Under the pieces are notes generated by a model that worked only from the letters and a program-made list of their open reading frames with translations, was not told where the DNA came from and did no database searches. A stretch of 64,000 nt of DNA from Mytilus californianus (lineage: Eukaryota), in the NCBI RefSeq assembly GCF_021869535.1, contig NW_026262690.1:112282001-112346000 (forward strand), written 5' to 3'. A program made the position numbers and the translations under genes. Positions 60,761-64,000 of this stretch are shown here, one piece after another. Numbering within the stretch: the stretch's first letter is position 1; every line of letters starts with the position of its first letter.

Positions 60761-61960
60761 CAAAAGAAAAACAAATGAAATATAGACATAATATAGACAA
60801 AGAACATAAGCGAAAATGAAAGGAAAGAAAACAAAAAATAACCATAGCACAATAACACAATGGCGGGATGTATAAATACCGAGCCACGCCAAAAAGATAT
60901 TACCAAAAAATGGACTAAACAGTAAAGGTTAAAATATAAAAAGCCAATAAAAAGAACACTATAACACGTAATTAAGATTATAACCAACATCAATATCTAG
61001 AATCCATACTTCAAAAACATGGTGTATTATATATGAAGTTGATACGGAATCATCGACTTTCTGCTCAGACACTTGTTATGTTTTACAAAGTCTGAGTAGC
61101 AGCTGTAAGCTCTTGAATACCGAATGAGTTGTGAAATGTATATCCCATATGAAGGTGAAGTTGGTATATTGCTGCTAAGCACGGGGAATTTATAATTTCA
61201 AAATTAAAATCATCTTGTTTGTCATACTAGTACTGAGATGACCGTTTTTGTCATATTCGAGGTAAAAGTCGTAACATTAGGCAGAGGAAGCCGTGTCTCT
61301 TCCTTTTTTTAATATCTAGTTCTGCAGGATACAAGAATGGAACCCAATCAGAAAGTTTTGGATTGTTAATGGTAAGAACATCATCAATATATCTTAGTGT
61401 GAAATTATGATCTGTCTTCTTTGATATTTTAGTTTTTGAAGTCAGCAAGGAGATCTATTGATTGTTGGTTGCTTAACGTCCAGTGGCAAATATTAAATGC
61501 ATGTTCAGGACGAAAGTCAGCATAGATAGCACAGTTCGTTCCAATAGAATGCCGACAATTTGTTGACAAAGTCTACCGCCAAATGAAACAAATATGTTGT
61601 CAATGAGAAACTCAAGCATACTGATCACTATTTTCCTCGGTGTAGCATATTTTACCTTTTTGTATACAATCAACAACATATACCGTTTTGTATGCCACAG
61701 CAATAAATTTATAGATTTTGCTACAGTTGTAATAATGAAAAGCATTGTAGATTATTTCTTTTAGACATTTTTTTTTTTCAATTTAAAGTGGTATAAAAGG
61801 TCGAGAAAGATAGAGATTTTAAAACCATCCAGAAGTTCTTCAGGTTTTTTTTTTAGAATTTACATATGGTTGATACCACTACGCGAGTAAACAGTTTCAT
61901 AGTATATCTGAAGTCCTTCTTTCACTGTGGACATATTTTTTGTCAATCTAATGGACACTT
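60760..61960 (-). pseudogene. Older inverted Naiad-type RT and 3' UTR remnant, with an R1 tail inserted at 61445-61512
   Basis: ISMLEFLIDNIFVSFGGRL.QQIVGI and FTLRYIDDVLTINNP on the minus strand. Confidence 0.85.
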
Positions 61961-63059
61961 ACTTTGAGAATATGCAGATGAGCCGGCAATGTACCGTTGT
62001 TCTACCTAATTTTGTGAAGCTTAGGTATCCAATACAAACAAGGTTTATCCTCAGATTTCAATGTTATGTTTATTGGAGCCGTGAAGGACTCATGATTCGC
62101 CAAAAATCTCATCCTTGTCAAATTGTTTGTATGTGGGATTACCTAAGGACTCATTTATTCCTAATACTTTTACAAGACACTCGTTGTAGTACGAGTATGA
62201 TTGCACCAGGTATGTAAGAATGCATTTTTCACTTTCCAAAAAAATGGCTAAAAGGGGACAAGAGGTGGTTGGACATGGACCAAACTTTAGCCATTATTTT
62301 CCAGATAAAGTAGTGAGGCCAAAGTCTTTCCCATCTTGATCCGCCTGTGCATATAATAATAATGTTTGTATATTGTATATAGATTAGTTAAAAATACCCA
62401 AAAGAATAGTGAGAACAGGTGATAAAATGGTCACAGTTAAAACACTTCAAGAGAAATTGACAAATAGTTATGTTCATATCAAGTTGTACTATGCCTACAA
62501 ATGTTTCATTGTTACATTGAATTTAGAGATTGACTGGGTAAATAGTAATTATAGTCATTTCTTTAGTCCAAATGGCAACTCAATACTTCTTCCATGTGAA
62601 TGATTATGATTTTTCCCATTAATATACCAGTTCTTAAATATTCTCCATCATTTTATGTAGACTTGTATGAACTTATTGAAACAAAAAACATTTACAGATT
62701 ATTTTGAGAATTTACAGTAATTTGTTAAGCTAAATTTTAATCTACTAAAAGAATAATTTTATTATTTGATGTTTTTATAACTTTAAAACAATCAGACTGA
62801 ACAGATTAAACAGGAACAAATCATATTATTTAAATAGCACATAATGATATGTTTAGCATTATAATTCTTTATTATCAGTAGCATTGTAGTAAGTAAGTAC
62901 CTATGTTTTAACAAATACTAATATTTAATGCTGCTTTACATTTACCTATAATTGTTTTCTTGCAGTATAAAGTGAACAAAAAACAAACAAAAAAAAGTAA
63001 ACCGTCAAGAACAAGACACAGGTGACAAGGCAGAGATAAACCCGGGAAGGAGTGCAATA

Positions 63060-64000
63060 CAAAAGGAGTTTGACTCCCCTACTATGAATACTCACGTCTT
63101 TGATTAGATTAGAAGAACACTGGATAGGTTGGGTTTCCAGCGAACTATACCGGAGTGTAGACATCGCATTAAAACATTGAAAATATCTTAGAGCAAAGAA
63201 CGTAAATAAATTAAGTGGTCAGGGGCCAGTAACTTGCATATATGTTCAGGATGGATGAAATTTTGAATGGGCGTCCAGTAGTCACTCCACCATAGTCAGC
63301 AGCCAACATTAATCTGGTTGGTTGCAATGACGATGTTCACGAGTCAGAACAAACTTCCAACAATTTGCCTATTATGTCATCCGTAAATTCTACACCAGCA
63401 AGAATCTATGGTGCCATCTACTTTTAATAATATTGATATTTTGTCCCAAATCTATTGATCTGCAGCCAAAAATGTTACAATACAACACACCTAATCGGAA
63501 TCCTTCAATGAAAACACAAACAAAAGCAGCACATGTTCCAGATATTCCCATTTGGTATAGACACAAAGTATAAGGGAAACATTTGTTTGTGTACAAATTT
63601 TTAGGCTTTTGTATTTACCCACAGTGAATTTATGTCATGAATTGATACATTTGGACAATCCATCCATTTAAAAGATTACCACTATGTTAAACAAAAGAAA
63701 TATAAAGGACGCACACTTTGCAAGCAGGTAACATTCTTCAAATATTAATAACTATTTGTTTCAATACTGGTGACAATCATTGCTTATTTTATTAATAAAT
63801 TAGTTTTTGTTGCCTCTTGGAAAATTAGAAAAGTCGATGAAAGTCTGATGGTCGTATTAAAAAAGCAGCAGAACGAATTTTTTGGAAAGTGAATCCAAAC
63901 GTTTGGAAGAGAAAAGAAGAACAGGAACATGAAATGCGCCTATTTCTTATGTTCACTGGCATTGTACAAGAACACAATGTTTCCTCCAAGCAGACATCAT
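63060..64000 (+). pseudogene. Myb/trihelix-like remnant (Harbinger-type accessory protein)
   Basis: NTHVFD*IRRTLDRLGFQRTIPECRHRIKTLK (63085-63185), and a coiled-coil-like tail LKKQQNEFLESESKRLEE..EHEMRLFLM (63830-64000). Confidence 0.55.

Noticed and set aside
63390-63596. Harbinger transposase on the minus strand next to the trihelix remnant
   Set aside because: Cys-rich, but no DDE_Tnp_4 motifs could be aligned.

Overview
AT-rich eukaryotic DNA made almost entirely of nested transposable elements. The repeat families look bivalve (Mytilus-like), which is an inference from recalled families. No conventional host gene, tRNA/rRNA gene or CRISPR array was found. The main feature is a full-length 10.6-kb Ty3/Gypsy LTR retrotransposon (6951-17534, minus strand) with near-identical LTRs, a 4-bp TSD, PBS, PPT and a UUUAAAC -1 frameshift site. 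It carries three unusual modules: a ComEA-like helix-hairpin-helix at the Gag N-terminus, a PHD finger at the integrase C-terminus, and an extra ~2-kb ORF ending in a TatD-family nuclease. This element sits inside a decayed, tandemly duplicated unclassified element with FEN1/XPG-like motifs. The window also holds a spliced Myb/SANT gene with an intact frame, Harbinger, hAT-like, Mutator-like, Crypton and LINE remnants, a near-intact Naiad-type Penelope-like RT with several fragments, minimal hammerhead ribozyme motifs, two SINE families and several MITEs. All domain calls come from manual translation and motif recall. No database searches were run, so novelty is unverified.
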